This document shows positions 1 to 8,828 of a stretch of DNA of 64,000 nucleotides, in pieces (within the stretch, counting starts at the first letter, position 1; the number at the start of each line of letters is the position of its first letter). This stretch comes from Candidatus Saccharimonadia bacterium. GTDB lineage: Bacteria; Patescibacteriota; Saccharimonadia; UBA4664. The notes beneath the pieces are model-generated. The model made no database searches and was not told the DNA's origin. It saw only the letters and a program-made list of their open reading frames with translations. Location of the stretch: NCBI GenBank assembly GCA_036488585.1, contig DASXHH010000014.1, positions 2,410 through 66,409 on the forward strand, given 5' to 3'. Position numbers and translations under genes: made by a program.

Positions 1-231
1 GAGCTGGCCTTCGAGGGTACGGTCGCCCTTGGCCTGCTCCTTGATTTTCTTTAGTTCGGGCTGCAAGTCCTGAAGCGCGCGCTGTGAATGCAGCTGGCGA
101 GAGACGAGCGGCCATAGGATGAGCCGAACTAGAACCGTGAGTAAGACGATAGCCAGCCCGAAATCGTGCACGTAGGCATAGATGAGGGCCAGCAGGTTAA
201 AGATCGGTTGGACCAGGATGGTGTTGAACAT
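1..231 (-). CDS. yidC: Membrane protein insertase YidC (5' part, runs off window edge)
   Basis: Manual translation from ATG at 231: MFNTILVQPIFNLLALIYAYVHDFGLAIVLLTVLVRLILWPL...LQPELKKIKEQ, typical YidC/Oxa1 N-terminus; overlaps rnpA stop (TAATG). Confidence 0.93.
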   Translation of the reverse strand, partial: MFNTILVQPIFNLLALIYAYVHDFGLAIVLLTVLVRLILWPLVSRQLHSQRALQDLQPELKKIKEQAKGDRTLEGQL

Positions 232-572
232 TATTTAACTCCGGCCCGAGTAAGGGCACGTGATAGGTGGTCTGATAGCTCCCCTGCGGGCATTTCGCTC
301 ACGTCACGATGGACACTTATCACTATATCGTAACCAGTCTTCAGTGTCGCCCATGAGCGCTCCAGATCGCCAATAAAACGGCGACGGAGGCGGTTGCGTA
401 CGACCGCGCGCTTCGAGACCTTCTTGCCGACTACCACGACTGCGCGGCTACGAGAGCGGCCGGAGTGGGCTGCCTTCACAGATAAGACTCCGCCTGAGGC
501 ACCGTAGCTACCCAGCTTGTACACATGGGTAATATCGGCGGCTTTGCGGAGTCTATTCTCGCGGGCGAGCAT
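231..572 (-). CDS. rnpA: Ribonuclease P protein component
   Basis: MLARENRLRK...KKVSKRAVVRNRLRR (RNR motif); position between rpmH and yidC. Confidence 0.95.
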   Translation of the reverse strand: MLARENRLRKAADITHVYKLGSYGASGGVLSVKAAHSGRSRSRAVVVVGKKVSKRAVVRNRLRRRFIGDLERSWATLKTGYDIVISVHRDVSEMPAGELSDHLSRALTRAGVK

Positions 573-590
573 GTTGCCCCTTAAGGTTAA

Positions 591-728
591 CTAAATCGCG
601 ACGCGCTGGCGGCCTTTGACGCGGCGGCGCTTGAGGACGAGCCTTCCGGCCCGAGTGGCCATGCGCGAGATGAAGCCATGAACGCGCTGCCGGCGGCGCT
701 TCTTCGGTTGGTACGTTCGCTTTGACAT
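591..728 (-). CDS. rpmH: 50S ribosomal protein L34
   Basis: Manual translation [45 protein letters not shown] (45 aa; too short for the ORF track). Confidence 0.97.
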   Translation of the reverse strand: MSKRTYQPKKRRRQRVHGFISRMATRAGRLVLKRRRVKGRQRVAI

Positions 729-788
729 AACGTATGACACTTTACGCTATCTGGTGGAATTCGTCAACAAGAGGCGGGTATTAATAAC

Positions 789-817
789 TTGAAGTATTTG
801 CATAAATATGCCACAAT
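789..817 (+). promoter_or_regulatory. Sigma70-type promoter for the small ORF at 868
   Basis: TTGAAG-N17-CACAAT with TG extended -10. Confidence 0.55.
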
Positions 818-867
818 AGTCCGCGTCCTTGAAACCTAGTCAGCTGCAAGCTGAGTAAGGGGTGGGT

Positions 868-1014
868 GTGTTTAACACGGAGTCGAGCGCCAGCTTCATC
901 CTCGGAATCGTGATCATCGCGCTCGTCGCGATTGTCATGTTGTGTATCCTCATAGGGACCCGGCGCCGCAACCGCGGTGGCCGCAACCGTCCGCGCCCGA
1001 GCCGGCGCCCTTAG
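868..1014 (+). CDS. Small single-pass membrane protein, 48 aa, Arg-rich tail
   Basis: GTG start after AAGGGG; MFNTESSASFILGIVIIALVAIVMLCILIGTRRRNRGGRNRPRPSRRP; own promoter and downstream hairpin plus T-run (~1083-1131). Confidence 0.65.
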   Translation: MFNTESSASFILGIVIIALVAIVMLCILIGTRRRNRGGRNRPRPSRRP

Positions 1015-1184
1015 GTGCCGATCGGCGGCGGACAGACCCGTAGCCAACTAGACCCGGCTCCCGTTAACCGCGGGGGCTACTAGCTCCGTCCTTGTCCGTC
1101 CCAGATTGGGGTGGGCGAGGCGGGGCCTTTTAATTTGGCTTTTCCCAATTTTTCCCCCAGCCTTTTCCCCATACACACCGGGGG

Positions 1185-1272
1185 TTATCCACCAACATGC
1201 TATCTGTTGGTGTTCGGTTTCTGTGTATAAGTCAGGCAATGAGAACTGGCTGAATGTCAGCATTGTGGAAAA
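1185..1272. promoter_or_regulatory. DnaA boxes upstream of dnaA (oriC part 1 / dnaA autoregulation)
   Basis: TTATCCACC 1185-1193, TGTGTATAA 1222-1230, TGTGGAAAA 1264-1272, near matches to TTATCCACA. Confidence 0.7.
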
Positions 1273-1316
1273 GGCTAATGCTCGTTTATGATAGAACCCT
1301 GTTAGGAGTGGTGCGG

Positions 1317-2708
1317 ATGCAAGATGTGAAGGGGTTGTGGCAGAGTGTCCTCGGCGAGCTGGAAGTCAGCGTTACCCGGGCGCATTTTTCCACTTGGCTG
1401 AAGCCTACCTACGTAATTTCCAACGAGGAAGGCCACGTGGTGGTAGGGGTGCCCAACATCTTTAACAAGCAGTGGCTCGAGAATAAGTACCACAACGAAA
1501 TTAAGGCGGCGCTAGCCAAGCTGGACAGCCGCATCCAAACGGTGGAGTACAAGGTAGTAGCGAAGGCGCCGGTGGGTAGTGGACCGGCTACCACGATTCA
1601 TCGCGCTGCCAAGACCAGTCCGGAGACGACCGTAAAGCGGGCCGAGCAAACTGCCCTGCCCACAGCACCAGTGTCACATGCCAATCTGAACCCTCGCTAT
1701 ACGTTTGAGAGTTTCGTAGTGGGATCGAGCAACGATTTTGCACACGCGGCCTGCCAGGCAGTAGCTAAGCACCCGGGCACTAAATACAATCCGTTGTTCA
1801 TTTATGGCGGCGTGGGACTGGGCAAGACGCACCTTATGCAGGCGGTCGGTAACGAGATTTTGAGACGAGACCCCTCGAAGCGCATTGAGTATGTGACGAG
1901 CGAGAGTTTCACGAACGAGTTTATTAACTCGATTTCAAAGAAGAGGAGCGAGAGTTTCGTGGAGAAGTTCCGCGGAGTGGACGTGCTGATAATTGACGAC
2001 ATGCAATTTTTGGCGGGTAAAGAGAAGACTCAAGACGAGTTCTTCCATACGTTTAACGCCCTGCACCAGGCCAACAAGCAGATTATTATCTCGAGCGATA
2101 AACCGCCGAAACTACTGACGATGCTGGAAGACAGGCTTATCTCACGGTTTGAGATGGGCATTACGGTAGACATCCAGCCGCCGGATTTGGAGACAAGATC
2201 GGCCATTATTCAGGCCAAGGCGGCGGCGCAAGGCATGATGCTGCCGCTGGAGGTGGTGGATTTTATTGCCCGGCACGCCCAGAGCAACATCCGGGAGCTC
2301 GAGGGCACGCTCACCAAGGTGATGGCCGATCAGGAGCATCGGGGCGGCGAACTGGATCTGGTGCGCGTGCAGCAACTGCTGGCGACGGACGCGGCGGCGC
2401 GGCCAAAGCTGAAGCCGATGACAACCAAGATGATTATTGAACGGGTGGCGGCCTACTTTGATCTGCAGCCGAACGACGTGACGGGCGCCAAGCGCGACAA
2501 AGAGATTGTGGTACCACGGCAAATTTGCATGTACCTCATGCGCCATGAGCTGGGGCTGAGCTTTCCGAAAATCGCCTCTGCTGTGGGCGGTCGTGACCAC
2601 ACCACGGCTATGCATTCGGTGACAAAGATCGAGAAGCAGATTGAGGGCGACGAAGGCCTGCGGGGTGACGTGCAGGCGCTGCGTGAGCGGCTGAACTCGG
2701 TGACCTGA
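1317..2708 (+). CDS. dnaA: Chromosomal replication initiator DnaA
   Basis: YNPLFIYGGVGLGKTHL Walker A, LIIDD, GGRDHTTAMH domain IV; start taken at MQDVK after AGGAG. Confidence 0.98.
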   Translation: MQDVKGLWQSVLGELEVSVTRAHFSTWLKPTYVISNEEGHVVVGVPNIFNKQWLENKYHNEIKAALAKLDSRIQTVEYKVVAKAPVGSGPATTIHRAAKTSPETTVKRAEQTALPTAPVSHANLNPRYTFESFVVGSSNDFAHAACQAVAKHPGTKYNPLFIYGGVGLGKTHLMQAVGNEILRRDPSKRIEYVTSESFTNEFINSISKKRSESFVEKFRGVDVLIIDDMQFLAGKEKTQDEFFHTFNALHQANKQIIISSDKPPKLLTMLEDRLISRFEMGITVDIQPPDLETRSAIIQAKAAAQGMMLPLEVVDFIARHAQSNIRELEGTLTKVMADQEHRGGELDLVRVQQLLATDAAARPKLKPMTTKMIIERVAAYFDLQPNDVTGAKRDKEIVVPRQICMYLMRHELGLSFPKIASAVGGRDHTTAMHSVTKIEKQIEGDEGLRGDVQALRERLNSVT

Positions 2709-2730
2709 TAATTTACTGATAAAAACGTTA

Positions 2731-2781
2731 AAGGCGGTGATGCTCGGGCGCTCAGAGTGAGCGCAGTGAACATCACCGCCT
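2731..2781. terminator. Long GC-rich hairpin between convergent dnaA and Clp-N genes
   Basis: aggcggtgatg...gcgctca-gag-tgagcgc...catcaccgcct. Confidence 0.6.
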
Positions 2782-2796
2782 GAGTTGGTGAGGCTG

Positions 2797-3399
2797 TCAG
2801 CCGGCGAAGGCTTTGATGGCAGCCGCTATGAGCCGGGCTTGGTCCTCGGACAATTCCCCGATCTTCAGTAGGCGACCGGTCATAAGCATTTCGCCGAAGT
2901 CTCGCAGGATTCCCCTCTTGCTTAGCCTGACTCCGATGGGCAGGCCGGAGGCGCCGTCGTGAATGAGCTCGGTAACGCGCGCCTTGACTTGCCCCGGGGT
3001 AAGGCCAAGCTTGTCCAGGACGGTTATCAACATAGAGTTCTGTGCCAGTACGGCGAGAAGCAGGTGCTCGCTTCCCACAATGCTGGCGCCAGCTATGCGC
3101 GCTTCATTAACTGCACCCTCGATGGCTATCCTGGCCGGCGGTGTATATGGAAACACCCCCGACGGAGAACCCGCGCTGTTTGACCATAGGAGTAGTCTGT
3201 CCTTGGTGTACTCCCTAGCCACCTCTAGGGTGACGCCGAGGGACTGCAGAGCCTGACTGGCCAGGCTGTCTTCAACCGCCAGGCATCCGAGAAACAGGGA
3301 CTCACATCCCAAATAGGACGCGCCGAGTATCCTGGCTTCTCGGTCGGCGGCGACGATCACTGCACGGGCAGTTTGATCGTAGAACTCGAACCCGGTCAT
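2797..3399 (-). CDS. Stand-alone Clp N-terminal (Clp repeat) domain protein
   Basis: FEFYDQTARAVIVAADREAR...YLGCESLFLG...PYTPPARIAIEGAVNEAR...VGSEHLLLAVL: two Clp-N repeats aligning by eye with the actinobacterial ClpC1 NTD; no AAA+ domain. Confidence 0.85.
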   Translation of the reverse strand: MTGFEFYDQTARAVIVAADREARILGASYLGCESLFLGCLAVEDSLASQALQSLGVTLEVAREYTKDRLLLWSNSAGSPSGVFPYTPPARIAIEGAVNEARIAGASIVGSEHLLLAVLAQNSMLITVLDKLGLTPGQVKARVTELIHDGASGLPIGVRLSKRGILRDFGEMLMTGRLLKIGELSEDQARLIAAAIKAFAG

Positions 3400-3403
3400 G
3401 TGC

Positions 3404-3844
3404 TCACACTTCCGAGAGCATGTGCTCGAATATGGCTATCCTGACATCGGTGGCGTCGACAGCGAGCCGGTCGATCGGGTGGAGGACCGGATCCCGAAAC
3501 AGTGCCAGAAGCAGGTGCTCCGGCGTGACTTTCGAATGGCCGAGTTCGTCGGCTTCCTGCCGAGCCAACTTGATGACGCGTCTGAGATTCTCAGCGAGCG
3601 GGACGCACCCGGATGGGGCTAGGTATCCCTCACCTGCGATTCTCAGCACTATCTGCTCGGTCACGCCCAGCGCGTCCAAGATCTGACTGGCCGCGGTGCT
3701 GCCATCACGCCAGATAGCCAGGAGCAGGTGGCCGGAGTCGATCCGACCATAGTGAAGTTCGTCCCGGGCGATGTTCTGCGCTGCCACCACGGCTCGATGA
3801 CTGGCGGTGGCAAAATGGTCGAACATGGGCTTGTGATGGGCCAT
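3404..3844 (-). CDS. Stand-alone Clp N-terminal (Clp repeat) domain protein
   Basis: MFDHFATASHRAVVAAQNIARDELHYGRIDSGHLLLA...RRVIKLARQEADELGHSKVTPEHLLLAL. Confidence 0.85.
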   Translation of the reverse strand: MAHHKPMFDHFATASHRAVVAAQNIARDELHYGRIDSGHLLLAIWRDGSTAASQILDALGVTEQIVLRIAGEGYLAPSGCVPLAENLRRVIKLARQEADELGHSKVTPEHLLLALFRDPVLHPIDRLAVDATDVRIAIFEHMLSEV

Positions 3845-3923
3845 GTACTTTCTCTTTCCACGACGAGAATGGGTTTCCACTAAGCGGAGATTGAACTTCG
3901 ATAGTTTAACCATAAATCGACGT

Positions 3924-4197
3924 TTATCCAAGCTTGAGTGTTTTGTTCACAGGATGGGGACAAAGGTTGGGGAAACGATGTTGGAATGGTGTGGGCGAAG
4001 GCTATTGGCTTGAGCACTTTCCCCCACCCGGCTCAGGGCATCCACAGTAGCGTCCCCGGGCTGGCCACAAGCGCGTTCACAAGTTATCCCGAATTAGCGT
4101 AAGTACTTTTATGCAGGCGCCAAGCCATAATCAGACTTTTACCCAGAATCCACATGGCTTATGATGATTACGATTATTTTTATTTATTATCTGTATA
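3924..4197. other. Probable oriC unwinding region (DnaA boxes, DnaA-trio-like repeats, AT-rich DUE)
   Basis: Degenerate boxes (TTGTTCACA 3943, GCATCCACA 4038, GCGTTCACA 4073, TTATCCCGA 4084, GAATCCACA 4146), then TGGC and TAT-GAT-GAT-TAC-GAT-TAT and an AT run, like the B. subtilis basal unwinding system upstream of dnaN. Confidence 0.75.
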
Positions 4198-4226
4198 ATG
4201 AGAAAAAGCAGGTAAGGGGAGGAAAA

Positions 4227-5336
4227 GTGAGGCTCAGTCTAACGCAAGAGAATCTGTCGCGAGCCCTTGCTAGTGTTGGACGAGTGGTATCGACACGCAC
4301 CAGCCTTCCCGTGCTGTCGAACGTGCTACTGGCAACCGATGGAAATCGGCTGCGGTTGTCGGCGACCAACCTAGAAGTTGGAATTAACTATTGGATTGGA
4401 TCGAAGGTTGAGGAGCAGGGATCGCTAACAGTCCCCGCTCGTCTCTTCGCTGAATTTGTATCGAGCCTGCCACACGGCAACATCGAGCTGTCGGCGGCTG
4501 ATAGTGTACTGGCGGTGAAGAGTCCTAATTACGAGTCGAAGATTAACGGCATTTCGGCTGAAGAGTTTCCACTTATCCCCACGATAAACACAGACCCCGT
4601 GCTCAAACTGGAGGCTGGGGTGCTGAGGGATGCGTTGCAGCAGGTAATCGTGGCCGCAAGCGCGGATGAGGCGCGGCCGGTGCTGGCGGGCATTTATATA
4701 TACACCGAGGAGAAGAGCCTGTTTTTGGTGGCGACCGATTCGTATCGGTTGGCTGAAAAACGGTTGGAGTTGCCAGATGCGCCGGCCAAGCCGCTGTCGG
4801 TAATTATTCCGGCCCGAACGATGCAGGAGTTGGTCCGATTGCTAGGTGAGGGTGGGAGCGACGTAGAGCTATATCTGGACGAGAATCAGGTAATGTTTAG
4901 AATTGACGACATCGAACTGGTGAGCCGTCTAATTGAGGGGCAATTCCCGAATTATCGGCAGATTATGCCGGATCATGCGGAGACGTCGTTTGATATTGAG
5001 ACCGGTGAATTTACTCGAATTACGAAAGTGGCCAGCTTGTTTGCGCGCGAGAGTGCGGGGAGTATTCGGATTGAGATTAAGGCCGAGGGCGAAGTAAGCA
5101 TTTTTTCGAGCGACTCAGAGGTGGGCGGCAACAAGAGCACGGCCGAGTGTGAGGTGGCCGGTGAGGATGGTGAGATTTCACTGAACGCACGGTATTTGGT
5201 GGATGCGCTGAGCGTGATGCGTACGCCAATGGTAACGTTTGCGATGAGTGGCAAACTGAGTGCGTGCGTGTTGTCGCCGGCTGGCGAGGACGCCTCCGAC
5301 GATTACACGCATATCATCATGCCGCTACGAACGTAG
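4227..5336 (+). CDS. dnaN: DNA polymerase III beta sliding clamp
   Basis: LPVLSNVLL, ATNLE, ATDSYRLAE, SRLIEGQFPNY, IIMPLR; GTG start after GGGGAGG. Confidence 0.98.
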   Translation: MRLSLTQENLSRALASVGRVVSTRTSLPVLSNVLLATDGNRLRLSATNLEVGINYWIGSKVEEQGSLTVPARLFAEFVSSLPHGNIELSAADSVLAVKSPNYESKINGISAEEFPLIPTINTDPVLKLEAGVLRDALQQVIVAASADEARPVLAGIYIYTEEKSLFLVATDSYRLAEKRLELPDAPAKPLSVIIPARTMQELVRLLGEGGSDVELYLDENQVMFRIDDIELVSRLIEGQFPNYRQIMPDHAETSFDIETGEFTRITKVASLFARESAGSIRIEIKAEGEVSIFSSDSEVGGNKSTAECEVAGEDGEISLNARYLVDALSVMRTPMVTFAMSGKLSACVLSPAGEDASDDYTHIIMPLRT

Positions 5337-5469
5337 ATAAGAGCGCATCACTGCGCTAGTGTTACTCGGTCGACGTGCCTCTAGGCGCGTCTTTTTTGGG
5401 ACTCGGTTATTCGACGGAACAAGTGTCAATTTTGTCCGAAAAAGTTGTCAATCGTTATAAACTAGTGTA

Positions 5470-5498
5470 TTGACATACCGCTTATGTAATGGTAAAAT
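5470..5498 (+). promoter_or_regulatory. Near-consensus sigma70 promoter
   Basis: TTGACA-N17-TAAAAT with TGn extension. Confidence 0.75.
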
Positions 5499-5582
5499 TT
5501 GTGCAATTGGGGCGGTGTTCCTCAGCCGCTCTTGCTCCTAATTTACGCGTGTCCCCTAGCCCACCCCGAGGAGGTAGACATC

Positions 5583-6566
5583 ATGACACGCAATTCTACC
5601 AACGCTCGCCTTTTTGGGGCGGGCATTTTGCTGGCGTTTGCTAGCATGATCGCTGCGGGTTGTGGCTCGGCGAGCACCAACGTGGCGTCGGTCGACTCTC
5701 AGAGCTCGGCTAGCGCGTCCGCTGCAGTCGCTGCCACGCCGGCCAAGCCGGCTGCCAGCTCCAGGCCGGCCGTTGCTCAGCCCGAGACATCGCCGTACGG
5801 CCTTGGACCTAGTCCGAGTCTGCCGAAGAGCTGCCTAATATCGGTGGCCGAGGCCGAGATGCTCGTAAGCGCCACCGGGCTAACCGCTGGTCCCAATAGC
5901 ACGCATAACGCGTGCGTGATCACGGGGTCCGGGTCGAACAGTCCCACGGTGACTACATCCGTGATAACTGCTTTCGGGGCCGCAGGTTACCCGATCGTTC
6001 AGATCCCACAAGGTTCACCATTCAAGGTGGCATACGCATGGAAGAGCAATGGTTTCTTCCAGGCGGTCGCCGAGTTGCAGGACCAGAGCCGGTGGGTCGA
6101 CATCTCGCTGGGTAACCCGGTGATGAGCGACCAGCAACAGCTGGCGGCGGTGCGGGCTGGCCTTCAGAACATCATGTACTGGTGGTCGCGGTCGGCTACT
6201 CACTCCCCTGCCCCGGGCGGCGCGCAGGTGCCGGATCTGGCGGCTTGCAAAGTCCTCCCTTCTAGCATTTTCTCCGTTCTGCTCGGCGGGGCTGCCGTCA
6301 CTAGCTTCGATGGTTCCATCGACACCCTGTGCACGCTCAACTCGGCGAACCCCGGAGTGAAGGCGGAGATCGCCTACAGGCCGGTTTCTGATCAAGTCGA
6401 GCAGAACGTGAAGAGCCAGGAAGCTCAGGTGGCGGTCAACGTCTGGGAGCTCTCGGCCTCCACCTACATCACGTTCGTGCACGGGAAGGAAGTCGGGGTC
6501 GACTCCCCCGGCATCGACTTCGACACCCACACCGTGATCGCGGCTCTCGAGGCACTCAGCCAGTAA
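5583..6566 (+). CDS. Putative lipoprotein of unknown function (two Cys-paired repeat domains)
   Basis: Signal peptide ending IAAG-C lipobox, Ser/Ala/Pro linker, repeated 'C.l..........C' units; SD GAGGAGG. Confidence 0.7.
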   Translation: MTRNSTNARLFGAGILLAFASMIAAGCGSASTNVASVDSQSSASASAAVAATPAKPAASSRPAVAQPETSPYGLGPSPSLPKSCLISVAEAEMLVSATGLTAGPNSTHNACVITGSGSNSPTVTTSVITAFGAAGYPIVQIPQGSPFKVAYAWKSNGFFQAVAELQDQSRWVDISLGNPVMSDQQQLAAVRAGLQNIMYWWSRSATHSPAPGGAQVPDLAACKVLPSSIFSVLLGGAAVTSFDGSIDTLCTLNSANPGVKAEIAYRPVSDQVEQNVKSQEAQVAVNVWELSASTYITFVHGKEVGVDSPGIDFDTHTVIAALEALSQ

Positions 6567-6575
6567 GCCGCTCTC

Positions 6576-6720
6576 ATCTGTCCCCTGCCATCCCCAGGGG
6601 GCAACGCCCGCTTCGGCGGGCAGCCGTTCCGGCGTCGCGTCTAGCCTTCGGGTTAGCCGGCGCCGGGGCGGTGCAATCGAAAGTTTGTTTTAAACCAACC
6701 CTAAGCGGTTGGATTTTTTG
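6576..6720 (+). other. Multi-hairpin 3' UTR followed by intrinsic terminator
   Basis: cccctg/cagggg; gcccgc-TTCG-gcgggc; ccggcgtcg...ctagcc-TTCG-ggttag...cggcgccgg; ccaacc-ctaagc-ggttgg-attttttg. Confidence 0.6.
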
Positions 6721-6747
6721 TGACGGCGTTTCAGATACAATAGTGAC

Positions 6748-7818
6748 ATGAAGGTTGAGGGGATAACATTGGCGAATTTCCGCTCGTATGAACGGGCGGA
6801 GTTTGAGTTGCACCCGGATGTGACACTGGTGGTAGGCCCGAATGCGAGCGGCAAGACCAATTTGCTCGAGAGTTTGTACGTACTAGCCTCCACTAAAAGT
6901 TTTCGAGCGAAGGACCGAGACCTAGTGCGGCATGGGCAGGACCATTTTCGGGTAGTGGCGCGGGCCGATGAGGTGGAGTACGCGCTGGGTTTGAGCACAG
7001 CTAGCGGCGGGGTGGAGAAGAAGGTGACGCATGATGGCGTGAAGCAGACTTTGAGCGGGCATGTGGGATTAATCCAGGTGACGTTGTTTGAGCCGACAGA
7101 CTTGGAGCTGGTAAGCGGGCCTCCGGAGGGCCGGCGCAAATACCTGGATTTTATTTTGTGCCAGACCGACCGGGCGTATCTGAAAATATTGCAGCAATAT
7201 AAGCGAGTGCTGCGGCAGCGTAATGCTCTATTGGATGGGTTTGCGATGGAGCAGATTAAGGCCCAGATTTTTGCCTGGGACGTGAAACTGGCGGAGCTGG
7301 CGGTGGAGATTTATGAGCGGCGGATGCGGCTGCTGGCCGAATTGAACCTGGCGGTGCCTAGAGCGTACGGCGAGATTGCCGGGCACGAGGTGGAGGTAGA
7401 GCTTAAGTACGAGCCGAGTGTGAATGGGAATTATGAAGAGGAGTTTTTGGACGAGCTGACCAGGAATTTTACGCGGGATCTGGCGGCTGGGTTTACCACC
7501 ATTGGGCCGCATAGGGAGGATTTTAAGATGCGGTTTAAGAATAGCGATATCATGGCGGTGGCTTCGCGTGGGGAGGTGCGGACGCTGGTGTTGGCGATGA
7601 AGCTGGCGGAGCTGAATTATGCTGAGCGGGTAAGCGGGGTGCGGCCGGTGTTATTGCTTGATGATGTGTTTAGTGAACTGGATCGGGACCGCCGGAGTTT
7701 CTTGCTGGGACGGTTGAGGGATCATCAGACGATAATTACAACTACGGATGCCGATGCGATTGCGCGTGAGTTTCAGACGCCGCACGCGATAATCTCGACG
7801 GAAGGGGCGCTGACGTGA
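6748..7818 (+). CDS. recF: DNA replication/repair protein RecF
   Basis: NFRSY, GPNASGKTNLLE, GPHRED, ASRGE, LLLDDVFSELD. Confidence 0.97.
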   Translation: MKVEGITLANFRSYERAEFELHPDVTLVVGPNASGKTNLLESLYVLASTKSFRAKDRDLVRHGQDHFRVVARADEVEYALGLSTASGGVEKKVTHDGVKQTLSGHVGLIQVTLFEPTDLELVSGPPEGRRKYLDFILCQTDRAYLKILQQYKRVLRQRNALLDGFAMEQIKAQIFAWDVKLAELAVEIYERRMRLLAELNLAVPRAYGEIAGHEVEVELKYEPSVNGNYEEEFLDELTRNFTRDLAAGFTTIGPHREDFKMRFKNSDIMAVASRGEVRTLVLAMKLAELNYAERVSGVRPVLLLDDVFSELDRDRRSFLLGRLRDHQTIITTTDADAIAREFQTPHAIISTEGALT

Positions 7819-8075
7819 TTGAGAGCGATTATTTTGCGCGCAAACGGGCTGAGCTGGGTTTGGACCGGGTTGACGACCTGGCACGCGTCCAGGCGGCTCT
7901 GGACGCGTGGTACCCGGGTCTGGCGCGGGCCAGACAGCTGCACCGCGGCACTTTACGGGTGGTGACGCCAAGTTCTAGTGTGGCGTCGGAGCTGCGGATG
8001 CGGCAGCTGGAGTTGGCTCAAATAGTGGGTTTGGAGGATGTGCGGATTGCTGTTTCGATTGGAAGTATCAGCTAG
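7815..8075 (+). CDS. DciA/DUF721-family protein
   Basis: GTLRVVTPSSSVASELRM motif; directly after recF. Confidence 0.7.
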   Translation: MIESDYFARKRAELGLDRVDDLARVQAALDAWYPGLARARQLHRGTLRVVTPSSSVASELRMRQLELAQIVGLEDVRIAVSIGSIS

Positions 8076-8824
8076 ATACTGCCCGGAGTGCCAGCGGTAA
8101 ACAGCTGCTGACCCGATGGACTCGAAATTTTAATCTGAATATGCTCGGTGTCGTAATAGTTACCGACCACCGTATAGTTGGTGCCGTCGATATCGGCCGT
8201 GAAACTAACTGCCCACGGACTCCAGGCATCACTCGGGTTTAACCTGAAATGCCTGAGGCTACCGTCGTTGATGTCCACCGCTTTGGCCCAGGGGTCGAAC
8301 TGCGAGATGTAGGTCATGACGTTAATGACCTGGTCGTTTGATAGTCCGACATTGGTGAGGGCATCTTGGCCGGTGGTAGTAGGCGGAGCAAAGCTGGGTG
8401 TGAAGCTTATTTGCTGGTTTGTGAGTTGGTCTCCAGTGGTGGAGCTAATGCTTTTTACGGAAATGACATAGGCTTTCAGGCTGATAAGAGTGCGGGGCTT
8501 GAGCGTGAGCGTGAGAGTGTCGCCGCTAATACTGGTGGCGGATACAACCTCGGGGTTGGAAGCCACTGAGGCGCTGCCGGTGGCGAGGGAGCGGTTGAAT
8601 TTAATGGCGATGGCCGTCGTTTGAGTGGTGACGCTGGTTTGGCTCGGGGTGATGGTGGAGACGCTAAATTTGGCAGTAGCCGGAGTGGGTTGGGGCGGTT
8701 TTAGAAAGAACACCACGGCAAGGATGACAATGATAATTACGGCGAGGCCGGCCAGTAAACCAAGCCTACTGGGTTGGTTACTGTTTTGCGGGACGGGCGG
8801 GTAGCCGGGGTTTTGAGGGTCCAT
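8072..8824 (-). CDS. Membrane-anchored protein with Ig-like (Big_5-like) domain; distal gene of T4SS-like operon
   Basis: N-terminal TM; ITPSQ...IAIKFNRSL...TLTLTLKP...YVISV...ISFT. Confidence 0.6.
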   Translation of the reverse strand: MDPQNPGYPPVPQNSNQPSRLGLLAGLAVIIIVILAVVFFLKPPQPTPATAKFSVSTITPSQTSVTTQTTAIAIKFNRSLATGSASVASNPEVVSATSISGDTLTLTLKPRTLISLKAYVISVKSISSTTGDQLTNQQISFTPSFAPPTTTGQDALTNVGLSNDQVINVMTYISQFDPWAKAVDINDGSLRHFRLNPSDAWSPWAVSFTADIDGTNYTVVGNYYDTEHIQIKISSPSGQQLFTAGTPGSI

Positions 8825-8828
8825 GATG

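Noticed and set aside
781-1291. ORF-track calls 781-1047(-), 1048-1263(-), 1106-1291(+)
   Set aside because: No SD or recognisable product; they overlap the better-supported 868-1014 ORF and the DnaA-box region.
5508-5535. CUGAGGA on minus strand as a second hammerhead core
   Set aside because: No stem II or GAAA at the right distance; it is a simple leader hairpin.
6690-6720. CCCUAAGCG resembling a pistol ribozyme segment
   Set aside because: It is the loop of an ordinary terminator; the pistol P1 and pseudoknot partner are absent.
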